From positions 23,188,001 to 23,252,000 of the forward strand of contig CM060732.1 of the NCBI GenBank assembly GCA_030704615.1: 64,000 nt of DNA. The letters run 5' to 3'. This document shows, piece after piece, positions 1-12,279 of the stretch (positions are counted from its first letter, which is position 1; every line of letters starts with the position of its first letter). The notes under the pieces are model-generated. The model ran no database searches and was not told where the DNA came from. It was given only the letters and a program-made list of their open reading frames with translations. Origin of the DNA: Takakia lepidozioides (lineage: Eukaryota > Plantae > Bryophyta). The position numbers and the translations under genes were made by a program.

Positions 1-1215
1 CAGTCGCTTGTTTTTTTTAAAAATTAGGCGACCGCCAATACGACCGCCAATCTTGTTTTTCTAAAACAATAAATTGAAGCGACCGCCAGCATAGCGGTCG
101 CTATTTATTTTTTAAATTCAAAAAATAAGGCGACCGCCAGTGCGACCGCCAATCTTGCTTTTATAAAAAAAACATTTGAAGCGACCGCCAATATGGCGGT
201 CGCTATTTCTTTTTCTATTTCAAAAAATAAGGCGACCGCCAATGCGACCGCCAATCTTGCTTTAAAAAAAATAAAATTGAAGCGACCGCCAATACGGCGG
301 TCGCTATTTATTTTTTAATTTCGAAAAACAAAGCGATCGCCATAATTGGTGGTCGCGTTCATTTTGTTAATTTTCAAAAATGTATTTGCCACCGTGCGAC
401 CGCCAATACGGCAGTTGCTTGTTTTCTTTTTTAAATTAGGCGACCGCCAATACGACCGCAATCTTGTTTTTTAAAAACAATAAATTGAAGCAACCGCCAG
501 CATAGCAGTCGCTATTTATTTTTTAAATTCGAAAAATAAGGCGACCGCCAGTGCGACCACCAATCTTGCTTTAAAAAAAAAAACATTTGAAGCGACCGCC
601 AATATGGCGGTCGCTATTTCTTTTTCTATTTGGAAAAATAAGGCGACCGCCAGTGCAACCGCCAATCTTGCTTTTAAAAAAAAAAATTGAAGCGACCGCC
701 AATACGGCGGTCGCTATTTCTTTTTTAATTTCGAAAACAAAGCGACCGCCATAATTGGCGATCGCGTTCATTTTGTTAATTTTCAAAAATGTATTTGTCA
801 CCGTGCGACCGCTAAAACGGAAGTCGCTTGTTTTCTTTTTTAAATTAGGCGACCGCCAATACGACCGCCAATACGACCGCCAATCTTGTTTTTTTAAAAC
901 AATAAATTGAAGTGACCGCCAGCATAGCGGTCGCTATTTGTTTTTTTAATTCGAAAAATAAGGCGACCGCCAGTGCGACCGCCAATCTTGACTTAAAAAA
1001 AAAAACATTTGAAGCGACCGCCAATATGGCGGTCGCTATTTCTTTTTCTATTTCGAGAAATAAGGCGACCGTCAGTGCGACCGCCAATCTTGCTTTAAAA
1101 AAAATAAAAATTGAAGCGACCGCCAATACGGCGGTCGCTATTTCTTTTTTAATTTCAAAAAACAAAGCGAATTGGCGGTCGTGTTTATTTTGTTAATTTT
1201 TTCAAAATGTATTTG
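1..1215. repeat. Higher-order tandem repeat, ~410-bp unit built from ~60-bp subunits with a GCGACCGCC core and A/T tracts; continues off the left edge
   Basis: TTAGGCGACCGCCAATACGACC recurs at ~24, ~436 and ~845; many subunits are hairpins, e.g. AGCGACCGC-cagcata-GCGGTCGCT at 78-102. Confidence 0.9.
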
Positions 1216-2269
1216 CCACCACCACCGTGTCGGCGACGTGGCTGCTTAAGTGGCAGTATTTTACCTGGTATTATTTTTACCAGAATATTCCCTGAACCTG
1301 ACGTGACGGAAGTCCTGTCAGCGTCAGGTCTGACGTGACCTAACGTTGACTGACGGACGTGACGCTGAAAACCGGGGCGCCACCGCACTCATTATAGGGA
1401 GTAGTAACCCCGAGAACGGTGCAAGCCCGTTGTTGACCAAAAACTAGTGAGTAAGCGAGCGAGAATCAGAACCTTCCTTGGAAGACACAAGAGGTGAAGG
1501 TGGCCTAAATCGTACACCTCGTCTCGTGTATCTACTAGTATCACTAGTGCTCGAACCGGCACTCTCCCCAGCAACTAGTGGGACCTCCGTGTTGACAAAC
1601 TGACACTCAACCGGTCATGAACATGTCCCTAACCCCCTTTCCACAAGGTAACCGGGTAGAGAACCTGTTGCGGCTTATGGTTTGGAATACTAGGTTCCTA
1701 ACATAGCCTGCACTTGCACCTCCATCCACCACAAGCACTCCTATGGTTGGCTGGTCATCAGCTCCAACCTCACCACTGGAGAAACAATGATGGTCTGTCT
1801 GGTCATCACCCCAGCCTCACCATCGACAGCACGTTCTAGGACTGGCCAGTGAACAAATCCGGACCAATCACCTATAAAAGCAAGTGCCCACACAAAACTA
1901 ACATGGCGCACAGTCAAGCATGCAGGTGTGGAGGGGATCCAAACACAAGAAAATCAGAACGACAACTCCCCCACACCAAAAACAACTCCACGGTGTTGCT
2001 CCTGCAATGACACCCCAGCCAAATCCAGACTGACTCTTGCCTCCACCTACGAAAAGGTCTTGGCCTAATGAGCGAGGAAGAGAAGCTAAAGCAATGCCTA
2101 ACCCCAGCATGCCCTCAGCCCAACACTCTTCCTCTCCTCTCTTCCCTCACTTGCATGACCATGGGAATATCATGACGATACTCCTCAAACCGCCCTCTAT
2201 GAGCTCTTGAAATTCGGCCTTCAAAGACCTATGCAGGTCCCCAAAACAGTCCGCGAAAGCCTCCACGGG

Positions 2270-2480
2270 TCAGCACAGGCCGTCACAGGTCAACACGGGC
2301 CACCACATGCCGCCATAGTCCCACATAGGTCACCGGTCACAGCCCGTCACAGCCCCACACCGGTCACAGGGTCACAGCCCATCACAACCCCACACAGGCC
2401 ACAGGTCGCAGCCGTCACAGCCGTCACAGCCCCACACAAGCCACATGTCACAGCCCATCACACAGGTCACAGGGTCACAA
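2270..2480. repeat. Degenerate short-period GTCACAG/CCCACA array
   Basis: GTCACAG(CC) occurs about ten times, interspersed with CCCCACAC. Confidence 0.7.
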
Positions 2481-3719
2481 CCCCCTCCATTGCCGCTCAT
2501 GGTAGTTTAGCCATTTCTCCAAGGGGTTTAGCCACACCAAACTAGGGTTTGTATCTCCTTGAACTTTAGGCTTCTTTGCACCGAGCTATGGCGGTTGTGA
2601 GGAAATCAGCAAGGTATTCTTGCTCTCTTCGGCTCCCACACACCACCAATTGAGCCTCCCGCGCTTGCCGTGAAGATAACCACTCCAGGGCCTAAATCTG
2701 CCTTGACCCCTGGATTGACACTTGGGCCAATCCCAAATGTCAATATGTAAAAGCTAGTTATTTTCACACTAGTGGTGAATAACTTGACAAAGCTTTCTAC
2801 CACGCTCTCTTTTACACACAAGTGTTAATTATACTAACACCTTGCACTCGTAGATTTTAATCATGGTTAATTAGAAATAATTATTTCTAGCTAATTAGGA
2901 CTTTACACTTTTATATTTGTATTTTGTGGGCATTGGGATTTCATTTGGTTCCATGTGCCAAGTCATTTCATTTGGGACATGGAGATAAATTTCATGTACC
3001 AAGTGAGGTGACGAACTTTAACTTGGAACATGGAGAGGCTTATCTCCATGGAAGCCCTAGGAAGGCTGGTCTTTGCGGTGGTTCTTGAGTGGTAGAGTGT
3101 GAGGTCTGTATGGTGGATTCCTTTAGCAGAGGTGCCATTGGCTTGACTTATATTGAGTGATAGAGTGGGGTTTCACTTGGAAGAGTTGGGTTTGTTCTTT
3201 AGCATATGGTGGTTCCATGCTTGAAGGTTTTCCATTGCATTCCGCCTCATCATCCCTTTTATTTCCTTTATAACTAGAAGAAGAACTGCTTCCATGACAC
3301 ATGTCATCTATATCCAGCCCCCATTAATGACAATTGTATTCAAAGCACAATCGCAAAGAACCTATCATAACTACTCAACAATCTATTATGAACTTATGTT
3401 GGTCTATAACGGAGCATACTAGGCTTACCCGATGAGTTGAATGCAAGCGTGGGAGCCTTGCCAGTACGGTCGCCGGGAATGGCCGTACCGGCGACATTCC
3501 GGCTGGACACGTTGTCAAATCCCCACCCCCCTTCCTCCCCTCTCACTTGCGAGCCTGTATTTGTAAATGATTAGGAAATCAGAATTGCATGTGTATTACG
3601 AAGTTGAGGTCGGAGGTTCAATACTTGGCAGTGAAATTGCGTTGACTGGTTGGATGTACGTGGGACTAATTAATATATTTTTTCATCTCCAAAATAATCC
3701 TAAGTCCAAGATCGAGGCT

Positions 3720-4035
3720 ACGCTCCCCTGTTCCCTCTGTCCCCTCATTGTTCCCAGTCCCGCTCCCCTATCCCTGTCCCTTGTCCTCGCTCCCCTATTC
3801 TTGGTCTTCGTTCCCCTCCTCACCGTACGGAACGCAGCTCGCTCCCCTGTTCCCGATCCTCGCTCCCCTCCTCGTCCTATGGAACGTGGCTCACTCCCGT
3901 GTTCCCGGTCCTCCCTCCCCTCCTTGTCCTATGGAACGTGGCTCGCTCCCCTGTTCCTGGTCCTCGCTCCCCTACCCGCCCTGTGGAATGTGGCTCGCTC
4001 CCTTGTTCGTGGTCCCCGCTCCCATGTCCCTCTAT
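3720..4035. repeat. C/T-rich minisatellite with CTCGCTCCCCTGTTCC / ATGGAACGTGG core
   Basis: GGAA(C/T)G(T/C)(G/A)GCTC(G/A)CTCCC recurs at ~50-bp spacing (~3829, ~3881, ~3933, ~3985); the overlapping ORFs are low-complexity artefacts. Confidence 0.75.
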
Positions 4036-4577
4036 GGGGAGCAAGGAACAGGAGAGCAAAATTGGAGAATGTTTGGGAACATGGTCCTAAAAATGGGGAG
4101 CGTGAGGAGGGAGGGGGAGGTGTGGAGCGCTCCCCACCTCCACAGTGGGGGAAGAGATTTGACAGGTAGTATGCCGGAGCCTCCCTGAGCTCAGGCCAGC
4201 GGGCCCACCACCTCACATGCTTGCCTTAAACTCGCCGGGTAAGCCTAGTCCTTGCCGTCTATAACTTATGACAACAACAAGTGCAAATCACGCACCTGCA
4301 TTAAGATCTTCTATTGTTCCTATTTTTCGCATAAAATATATTTTCACTTGGCCCTATGGGTTCAAGTGACACCATAAGTTACGCTTGCTTTGGCAACGCG
4401 TCCACCTTTATATTTTCAAAACATTGTTCTCATAAGTCTCAATAGTAGTGCAGAGCACCACGCAGCTCTAGTCCTAGTGACAACTTAGTTCGGAGACTAG
4501 TTTTATGTAGAGCAGTAATAGGGTGTCCTAGTGCCACATCATCGTCATCAATTTTTAAAATCTGCCCAAACTGCTAG

Positions 4578-4800
4578 TGTAATCCCAGCTAATGTAACCC
4601 TGGGTGGTGTCACCTTTGTCTTGTGTGACTGCTCTTGGTCAAATTTCGCGACCAAGTGTGAGTTATAGAGTTCCCTTCCATGTAACCCAGTGTAACCCTG
4701 AGTGGACTCCGTAACCCGGTGTAACTCCAACTCCCAGCCATGTAACCTGGTGTAACCCCCCAGTGGAGTTTAAACTTTACACGCATATAACCCAATGTCA
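4578..4800. repeat. TGTAACCC short-period array
   Basis: TGTAAC(C/T) recurs repeatedly, e.g. 4593, 4681, 4691, 4741, 4751. Confidence 0.65.
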
Positions 4801-4814
4801 CCTGATTGGAGTTA

Positions 4815-5030
4815 AACTCCCTTCAGTTCCATGTCACTCTTGAGGGAAAATTGACATGTCAGAAACCGCCATACTGTCACTCGCTTTAGTTCTATGTCAC
4901 TCTCAAGGGATGGTGGGGGGGGGGTAAGATGTGACATGTCAGAAACCGGCGTACTGTCACTCCCATTCAGTTCCATGTCACTCTCAAAGGAGAGTGGGGA
5001 AGATTTGACATGACAGAAACCGACGTACTT
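4815..5030. repeat. Three ~75-bp tandem units (CAGTTCCATGTCACTCT...TGACATGTCAGAAACCG)
   Basis: Three recognisable copies, each with an internal ATGTCA/TGACAT inverted pair. Confidence 0.75.
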
Positions 5031-5393
5031 CCCTGTCAGAGATTGCACGTGTGAATTAAGTCCTTTCGCAGTGATCTCCTATTCCACCTACCCAATTTCC
5101 AGCGTCTGTGGAGTGAAAGTAAAAAGTGAACTCTATGGCTGCCCATCGATTCTGTGTAGCCCAGTAATGGTGGTGTGCTTGTTCAGGAATGCAGGGTAAG
5201 GCTGCGGTGCAGAGCACGGAGGTGAGGACTGCGTGCAGGCGTGTGCATCGGATGTGCAAAGGGCTCATCATGTTTCTGGGAGGCCATTGAGGCTTGTTCC
5301 ATACCCACATCACCATCTTCTTGTCTGTGAAGGATTGGGAGGTGTTGGAGAAGGGGGGAAATCAAAGAGAGAGAGAGAGAGAGGGATTGAGAA

Positions 5394-6236
5394 ATGGGAT
5401 CGAGAGCAGGCAGTGGGGTTGCGGTGGGCTCGGTGTTGCCTCCATTTTTGGACCCTTCACACAGAAATTTGGCAGCAACTGCAAGGGCAGCCCCGCACTG
5501 TCTGCCAATTTCCCTACAGACAACTCTCTCTGTAAAGCATGCAGCTTCCTTGTCTGCCTTCTCAGCTGCGTCACCTCTGAATTGTCCTTGCTCTAGGAGG
5601 TGCGCGTATGCACCAGCCTCCTGGTCTGTGCGGGCGGCCGCACAGAAGCAGAAGAGAGGAAAACAACAGACTTCCGAGATTTCGTCTCCTCCACTGCCAG
5701 ATGGGGTTCTCACTCCCTCGAGCCCCTTTGCACCGCCGGAAATCTTAGAGGATGATATTCCGTCTGAGGAAGATGCAGGTTCCAGCTCAGGAGGCGCTGG
5801 TAGTGACCTTGTTGAAGAAGCGGGGACTTTGGGGGAAGGGGATCCTGGCATTCCGTCTGAGAGCAATGCGCTTGTGGTGGATGGGGCAGAGGTTGTTGAT
5901 GATGAAAGGGACGCAGAAATTCCAACCAAAATAGCCGATGATGGAGAGAGGCCGCTGTCGATAGGGCAGGCCTTGAATGCACTCAGGAAAGAGAGGGTGA
6001 CTGCAGGCCTGGACAATCCAGCAAGTACCACGGATTTCTGGAGTGGTGTGGTGGAAGAGACCAAACTTGTTGAGTGGCCTTCGTTTAAGAAAGTGCTGGG
6101 AACTACAGGGGTGGTGGTCGCCATCATTTTCGGTTCATCAATCGTTTTGCTTACTGTGAATGCAATTTTGGCAGAGCTTTCAGATAACGTATTTAACAAC
6201 CCTGAAATTGCCAAGGCCTGGTTGAAGGGTTTTTGA
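5394..6236 (+). CDS. SECE1: Plastid preprotein translocase subunit SecE1 (intronless, N-terminal transit peptide)
   Basis: C-terminal SecE domain GVVEETKLVEWPSFKKVLGTTGVVVAIIFGSSIVLLTVNAILAELSDNVF matches plant SECE1; Ser/Ala-rich N-terminus; (GA)n immediately upstream. Confidence 0.93.
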   Translation: MGSRAGSGVAVGSVLPPFLDPSHRNLAATARAAPHCLPISLQTTLSVKHAASLSAFSAASPLNCPCSRRCAYAPASWSVRAAAQKQKRGKQQTSEISSPPLPDGVLTPSSPFAPPEILEDDIPSEEDAGSSSGGAGSDLVEEAGTLGEGDPGIPSESNALVVDGAEVVDDERDAEIPTKIADDGERPLSIGQALNALRKERVTAGLDNPASTTDFWSGVVEETKLVEWPSFKKVLGTTGVVVAIIFGSSIVLLTVNAILAELSDNVFNNPEIAKAWLKGF

Positions 6237-7634
6237 GGAGAGGGATTTTTAGACAGTTGTGTAGATCTTGAAGGGCACTGTCATTCCTGGAAACTGTAAT
6301 TTATGTGTATACTGGCAAACCAAATCATTGTTTTCTTGGGAAGAGAGAAAGTTCCCAAGTTCAAATGTGCCTGTGCTGGTTGAAGTTAGGGTTTGGAAAA
6401 ATTGTGAGCATAAGCTTTATATACAGTGACTTTTAACTTAGTTCCTGAGCTTCTCAATGGCATGAATGAAATTGTAAAACCTAGCAGGTACTGTGCATTC
6501 CCGGAGTTGATTCTTCCTCCATTTGGCGCCACCATTTGCTCAAAGGTTGTCAATTCTTGCTGAATACTTGTGAATGCCAAAGGGCTGAAGCCTTTAGTTA
6601 CAAAGCCTTGCTAATGTTAGCCTGACTGCGACTTTTGTAGTAGCAACAAAGCCACAATTGATTCAGCCTTGGGAAATGAGAGGTCGACACCCTTGACACA
6701 AAACACATACCATTGAATCTTGTTATGAATACAAATGGGAGTTTCAACTCTATATTAGATACCTCCAAGCTCTTACTAAGGGTTATATGGTACAAGGTTA
6801 GGGGCCAATTATAATCATCTTTTCTTTCATTCCATCCTGTTGGCATCCCGACAGTTACGGATGGCTGATTGTGTTGCTATAGCTTAGAGGTGTTGAACAC
6901 CTGCTAAAAAATTGTAGACTTGGGCTTCATATCTATTGGAAGTGTGGCAATGCTAACATCGCCTGTGCTATCAATTGGGGAAATGTCTGAAAACATTAGG
7001 AACCATTTACTACTAAATTGTGTTGCTGGTCTAGGAGTCATTGCCAGGGCCGCGTAGATGAACTACCGGAACTCCAATTTACCTTCAATGGAGGTTACTT
7101 TGCTTGGGCCACCTTCACAAGGTTGCATGAAATCACATCTGCAGTCTGCTTGTTGTGATGATTTGACAAATGCCCCTTCCCTTCTCCTGCTCTCCTGACT
7201 AGTTCAAGCATTGGTTATCAGACCACTGGAAGCCTAATTTAGTAACTGTCCAAACCAGTAAGCTCATGCAGGAAGGGCAGGCCACAACATGTGAAGAATG
7301 CTGTTTATCATTTCCATTGCTCCCCCCTCCAGCCAAACAACTTGACACATTTGCAACCCCAAAAAAGCTGACTGGTCCGTGTAACTAAGTCAAAAACCAT
7401 AGGCTTTTCTCTGGATGAAGCTAGATGGGTGCCTTGCTGCCATAGCCTTGCGACAAACACAGGAAAACACCCAGTGCTTCCTCTAATGCTAATAGGAGGT
7501 ACTGCCACTTTCCACGGGTAGCAACCAAATGACAGCAGAAGCGTTGGGGCAGGTATAAGCTGCCAGGTCAACACTTGAAAAGCACCCTGAAAAGTGTATC
7601 ACCCTCTGGTAAATAAGTGCTTATCCCATATTTC

Positions 7635-10600
7635 CTAGTACCGACCAGGCCAAGTACCAGCTTCCCGTTCTTCATTCCACTTGTCGATCTGCACAATAAG
7701 TTTTGGAGTCAGGCATGCATTTTCTTTGTTTTTCAATACTGAACAGGCAGTTCTTTATTGAATGGATAAGAGAGGCTGCTCCTATAATTGCTGGCTATTA
7801 CATATCCCTTGCAGGCTTGTTTCTACCTGGATACCTGAGGCAATTATGTGCGCAAACCTGTCCAATAATAATTTGTGAACCTTCAGAAGCACCGACAACA
7901 ATCTGCTTAAACCAGAAGCTGATTGAATTGCCCGCATTAGCATCACATAAGGAAGTGTGATGTGAACACCCAGAAATGCTACTATAGGCCTCTATCTGAA
8001 CACAAAGTGACACATGCATTCTCGACCAGCAGGAGACAAAAGAATTTGACAAAAGTCTTAGCAATGTGTCATTTGCGCACAACAGTGACATGTTTGCCTC
8101 AGGTTGCACAGTAACTACCAGCAGAATACTCTCCTTTACACATGAATTTGACAAAAGGGTAAATTTACAGAGGTATCATTCGCGTACCCATTCGCCAGGA
8201 CACAGAGAGCGATAATACTTGGCATACTTTTGACACTCCTTTGCATCCTCTCCCTTCTCCGCAGCACACCTACATGGCTCCTCTCGAAGTAATTAGTCAG
8301 CAAGTTATGAAATGACAGACATTAAATGATCAGTACCACCCATGCTCAGTAAAGAGGAGAAGAGTTTTTGGACACTGGCTGGAACATCCTGGAGAGACAT
8401 GTGGAAGGAGAGAGGGTTGAATGAACTAGAGTGGTTGAAGCCAGATGCTGGAAATGGTGCCTTCGATAATGCTGCGCTGCTTGAGAGAGAAAGCTGCATT
8501 GTCCTGACAAACCAACAAGAGATGATTGATCGCTGCCGACTTTGCGAGGTTCCGTTACAACCGACACACAAAAATGACGACGATGACGTGGCGACGCACT
8601 ATGGCACCCTATTCCTGCTCTACGCTAAACTAGTCTCCGACCTTCAGTCGTCACTAGAATTTACTAGGGCTTCGCGTTGCTCCGCACTACTAGCGACGAC
8701 TTCTGAGAACTCACTTGTGGAACTCATTGTAGCGAGTGTAGCAATGCTTGGCCTGATTGGTAGTTGGAAACCGCCAATCCCATGGCGCGGTCTTTATATC
8801 ATCCACCTGTCAAGTAGCCCCACCCATATGTCAGCAACTTCCATCCCCGATGGCACATGAATTATCATTCAGATCTTGGCTACCTCTACATTGTGCATTT
8901 GCCATTTGTCATACTTCAAATGACACAACAAAAGAACTACATTACTTCAAGTTTACTACACCTCTTTCCTGAAGGATCATTTTGCAATCTCTGCGCTACA
9001 ACTGCTGTGAGATAGAACATTGTACTACCTTCCACTCAATCTAGTCTGTGTCCAGAGAGGAAGATTGCCAATATATGCATCAAAAGGAGACTGCTCACAG
9101 CTTCACAATGTTTCTTAAGGCCAAAAACAAGAAATGGGAGTGGTCATCAACCAGCGTGACAATGGCAGACCCCTTAAGAACAAAACCCTAGTGACATGGT
9201 AACGAATTCCACATAAAATTTCTCACCGAAAACCATCAGGTAGAGCATAGAGAATATGAAATGGAGAACTGCCTACTTTCTTTGAAACAAAATGCAAACA
9301 GCAGCTATACTGGGCCAATTTGGCACACTCCTCACCAGAGTTTAGAATTAACAATGAAGTTTGAAAACTAGACTTTCTAGCACTGTCCAGATGCCATGCT
9401 TGGCTAGCAAGATGCAAGGTTGGAAAGAAGGAAAAGTTATCAGACAAACAATCTCTGGAGATTCTAGCATGACAGAAGGGACGGTCTCTGTTACATACTG
9501 TGATCTTAGGTTTCTCCTCTTCCTCGCCCTGGTCACTTTCCTCCTCCGTCTCCTGTACAGCAAAGCAAGTACCACCTCACCAAGCTAACAACAAGGCAAA
9601 TTTCTCCAAGAATCTCACACCATTGTACCCAATATACAGATGAGAATCATAAATACATTTAGAACTGGCAACTGTGAGATAAACTCTCCACAATTGCAAT
9701 TGGACTGCGAAACATATGTTAGGAATACTTCCTACTGTCTACCAAACTCTCTGCCCATCTGAATGCCATAGGAAGCCACACGGTCTATAACAATGCGGCA
9801 TAGCAAGAAAATGGGACGAGATGATTCCAAACAAGCACATCAACTTCAAGTCACAAGGATCATACCCTGACTGCAACCGCGTTGTCTTCCTCCTCTCCGT
9901 CCTGCAAACAGTGGACACTACCACCCCTTCAACAAATATAGTACACAAACTGACAAGCACAATATATCACACTATACAGCTGGTCCCTGGCTTTGTCAAA
10001 ATGCATAGGCAAGAATTATATACACACTTGTGATACAGAAATTGCAAATTACATCAGGCGAAAGCAACCACGATTCTCTGCTTTGATAACAACACACCAA
10101 AACCTGGCACCTGTGGGCAAAAAGTCTCATCATTCTGACCTGCCTAATCAGCTCTAATACGGAGTCCCGTCAGTCACAACAAGTTTCATACACGGCAAAG
10201 CAGGCTGCACAGATTAGATCCCAACAAGGCACACCAGGTTCCATTCAGCTCAAGTGAGTCATACCCCAGCAGTTCCGTTTTCTTCATCCCCATCCTGCAG
10301 GCATTGGCCAGTTCCGCGCCTTTCAACAAAGAGGATAAGATGTAATAAAAATGACACAAATCTATACAGTATCTTCAGAGCAGTCTTACTCACCTACCCA
10401 CAGATGTGAAAATGTGAGCGTTGAACAGGTGATATGAGATTTCAAAACTAGACAAATCAAAGACTGTGACTAAATTGCTTTGAAGACAACAACTAGAAGG
10501 CACTTTGAGTGGGGCACAGACCCGCCCTTGTAAAGTAATATCACGTACCAGAACACTACTGCACGCATACAAGGAGACACCATGAATAGTTCCAAATATG

Positions 10601-11749
10601 AAAAGAAAGTTCCTTTTAACTTGAATGAATCATACCCCAACAGTTTTGTCTTCTTCATCACTGTCCTGCAGGCATTGGACAATACCGCCCCTTTCAACAA
10701 AACAGTATAGCACTACCAGCGACTCAAATGTATTTACAACAATAACCTCAGCATTTCACATTCAAATTGCATATCCCAAATGGGCGTTCATTGTCTGCTA
10801 GAAGTGTGAAGGTGAGAACCATATCCAAAGTTTGTGACCCAGAAACGCAAGCCACTGGGCTTGACCCTAACAAAAAACATTCTTGGACAATGCTAGTAAA
10901 GCATGTTTCTAAGTTCTAACACAAAGGCCCCAGCATTTTCAAAAAAATTGCTGCATGACATGCAAACAGCATAAAATAGATCGAAACAAGCAAGCCAAGA
11001 TCCACTTTAGCAGATCCATCGAATCATACCCTAACAGTTTTGTCTTCCCTTCCTGCAGGCATTGCCCAATACCGTCCCTTTCAATAACTAGACACACGCA
11101 CTAACAAGGATCCAAATTCTTCCAGTAACCGCAGCATTCCAAGCGCGAATCACTTCACGAAAGTTCAGCCACGATTTCCGTCCCAACGTACAGATGGACG
11201 CAGCAAGCAAGCGTAGGATAGGGAGATTGCAAGCTACATCGTCCACATGACAACTGAACTTTTGCTTGGCGTGTGCCAACGCCTCAATCAACAATGACAC
11301 CATCCCCGTTGACCAAACCCCACACCTAGTCCACCTTCCAGACCAGATTTACAACCTGGCATGAAGACAGGGTGCAGCAATTACAAATGAGCATAACAAG
11401 ATCCATTTAGCTCAAGTGAGTCGTACCCTAACAGTGTCGCTTTCTTCAATCCTTTCCTGCAGAAAATTGCCAAAACCGCACCTTCAGAAGCTACCCCACG
11501 CGATAACTAGCTCCCACGCATCCAAATTGCATGCATACCCTACCCATTCTGGAGCTGCAGAGGGGTCGACAGAAGACCCAACGGGACACTCTCCCTCAAG
11601 ACTAAGAGGGAGACAGATGGAACCCTAAACATCAGAGGCCTCACAACACCCAAGCCGATTGCAAACACAGACAGACAAACCCCACAGACCTGATCTGCCT
11701 CGTCCTGCACCTTGCTTCCTTCCTCGGACAATGCAATGGCGTTCCCCAT
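7635..11749 (-). CDS. COX6B: Cytochrome c oxidase subunit 6b with an acidic N-terminal extension. Proposed exons: 11749-11690, 11456-11427, 10665-10636, 10294-10265, 9901-9866, 9552-9499, 8806-8715, 8269-8188, 7688-7635
   Basis: Spliced core reads VDDIKTAPWDWRFPTTNQAKHCYTRYNEFHK|CAAEKGEDAKECQKYAKYYRSLCPGEW|IDKWNEEREAGTWPGRY*, the COX6b Cys signature, with canonical phase-compatible GT-AG sites. Upstream phase-0 micro-exons encode acidic peptides and are less certain than the core. Confidence 0.88.
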
Positions 11750-12279
11750 CACGATCCTTGTCTCGTTTCCACCAATCTCTCTCTCCTCTCCCCCACAGAT
11801 AATCCCACGCACTCGCTGCCTCTCAAGCCTCTCGGAAAATCCAACAAGCCCTCTCACTTTGACCCACGGAATACGCTCCAGGAAATCCCACGTGGCTCGG
11901 GAGATGGGTTATTCCAAAGGAAGGAGTTCCCCATGTGGGTCTTGGTCTTGCGCTCAAATCCCTTTCAGGGTTTTGTGCCTGCATAAAATGTGGGCTCTAA
12001 CTTCTAACTAACCCCAAAACTTTCTTCCGAACGGTGTCGTCATCGTCACGAGACTCTGCCCGCAGGCGTGTCCACAGCAACCGCATGCAGAGGGATGGCG
12101 TGTGTATAAAGGGTAGCGATCTGCGAGTCTGGAGCTACCCAACAACCGTTATCGACTTCCTGGCTCTCTACATCTTTGTGGGTTGGCACCAAATTATCGG
12201 CTTGAGCTGAGCTGTGAGAGGGAGGGGGTTGGAAGGGCGGGAGTGCCAGGGAAGGGAAGGTCAGTGCCGGGCAGGAGCG
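11750..12279. promoter_or_regulatory. Putative bidirectional promoter and 5' UTRs between COX6b and QCR8
   Basis: Start codons diverge 530 bp apart; contains GACCCAC (11861), CACGTG (11889), GTGGGTC (11935), TGGGCT (11991) and TATAAA (12105). Confidence 0.55.

Noticed and set aside
1-1215. CRISPR-like array (palindromic repeats at regular spacing) and ORFs 571-801, 845-1165, 912-1196
   Set aside because: The spacers themselves repeat with ~410-bp period, there are no cas genes, the context is eukaryotic, and the ORFs are translations of the repeat.
1380-3560. Intact LTR element or gene
   Set aside because: Looks TE-derived but no paired LTRs, PBS or coding domain could be identified.
5183-6214. 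343-aa antisense ORF
   Set aside because: Shadow of SECE1 on the opposite strand, no recognisable motif.
8342-8860. 172-aa plus-strand ORF
   Set aside because: Antisense to a COX6b exon and intron; no recognisable domain.
9227-9272. Possible 46-nt hydrophobic exon (AVLHFIFSMLYLMVF) in COX6b
   Set aside because: It ends in phase 1 whereas the next core exon starts in phase 0; inclusion breaks the frame.
9866-11490. miRNA/snoRNA cluster or repeated peptide LKGAxLxNACR...LLGYDS (ORF 10470-10700)
   Set aside because: No hairpin or C/D-H/ACA boxes seen; each copy has AG/GT borders around a short exon, so duplicated COX6b micro-exons explain it better.
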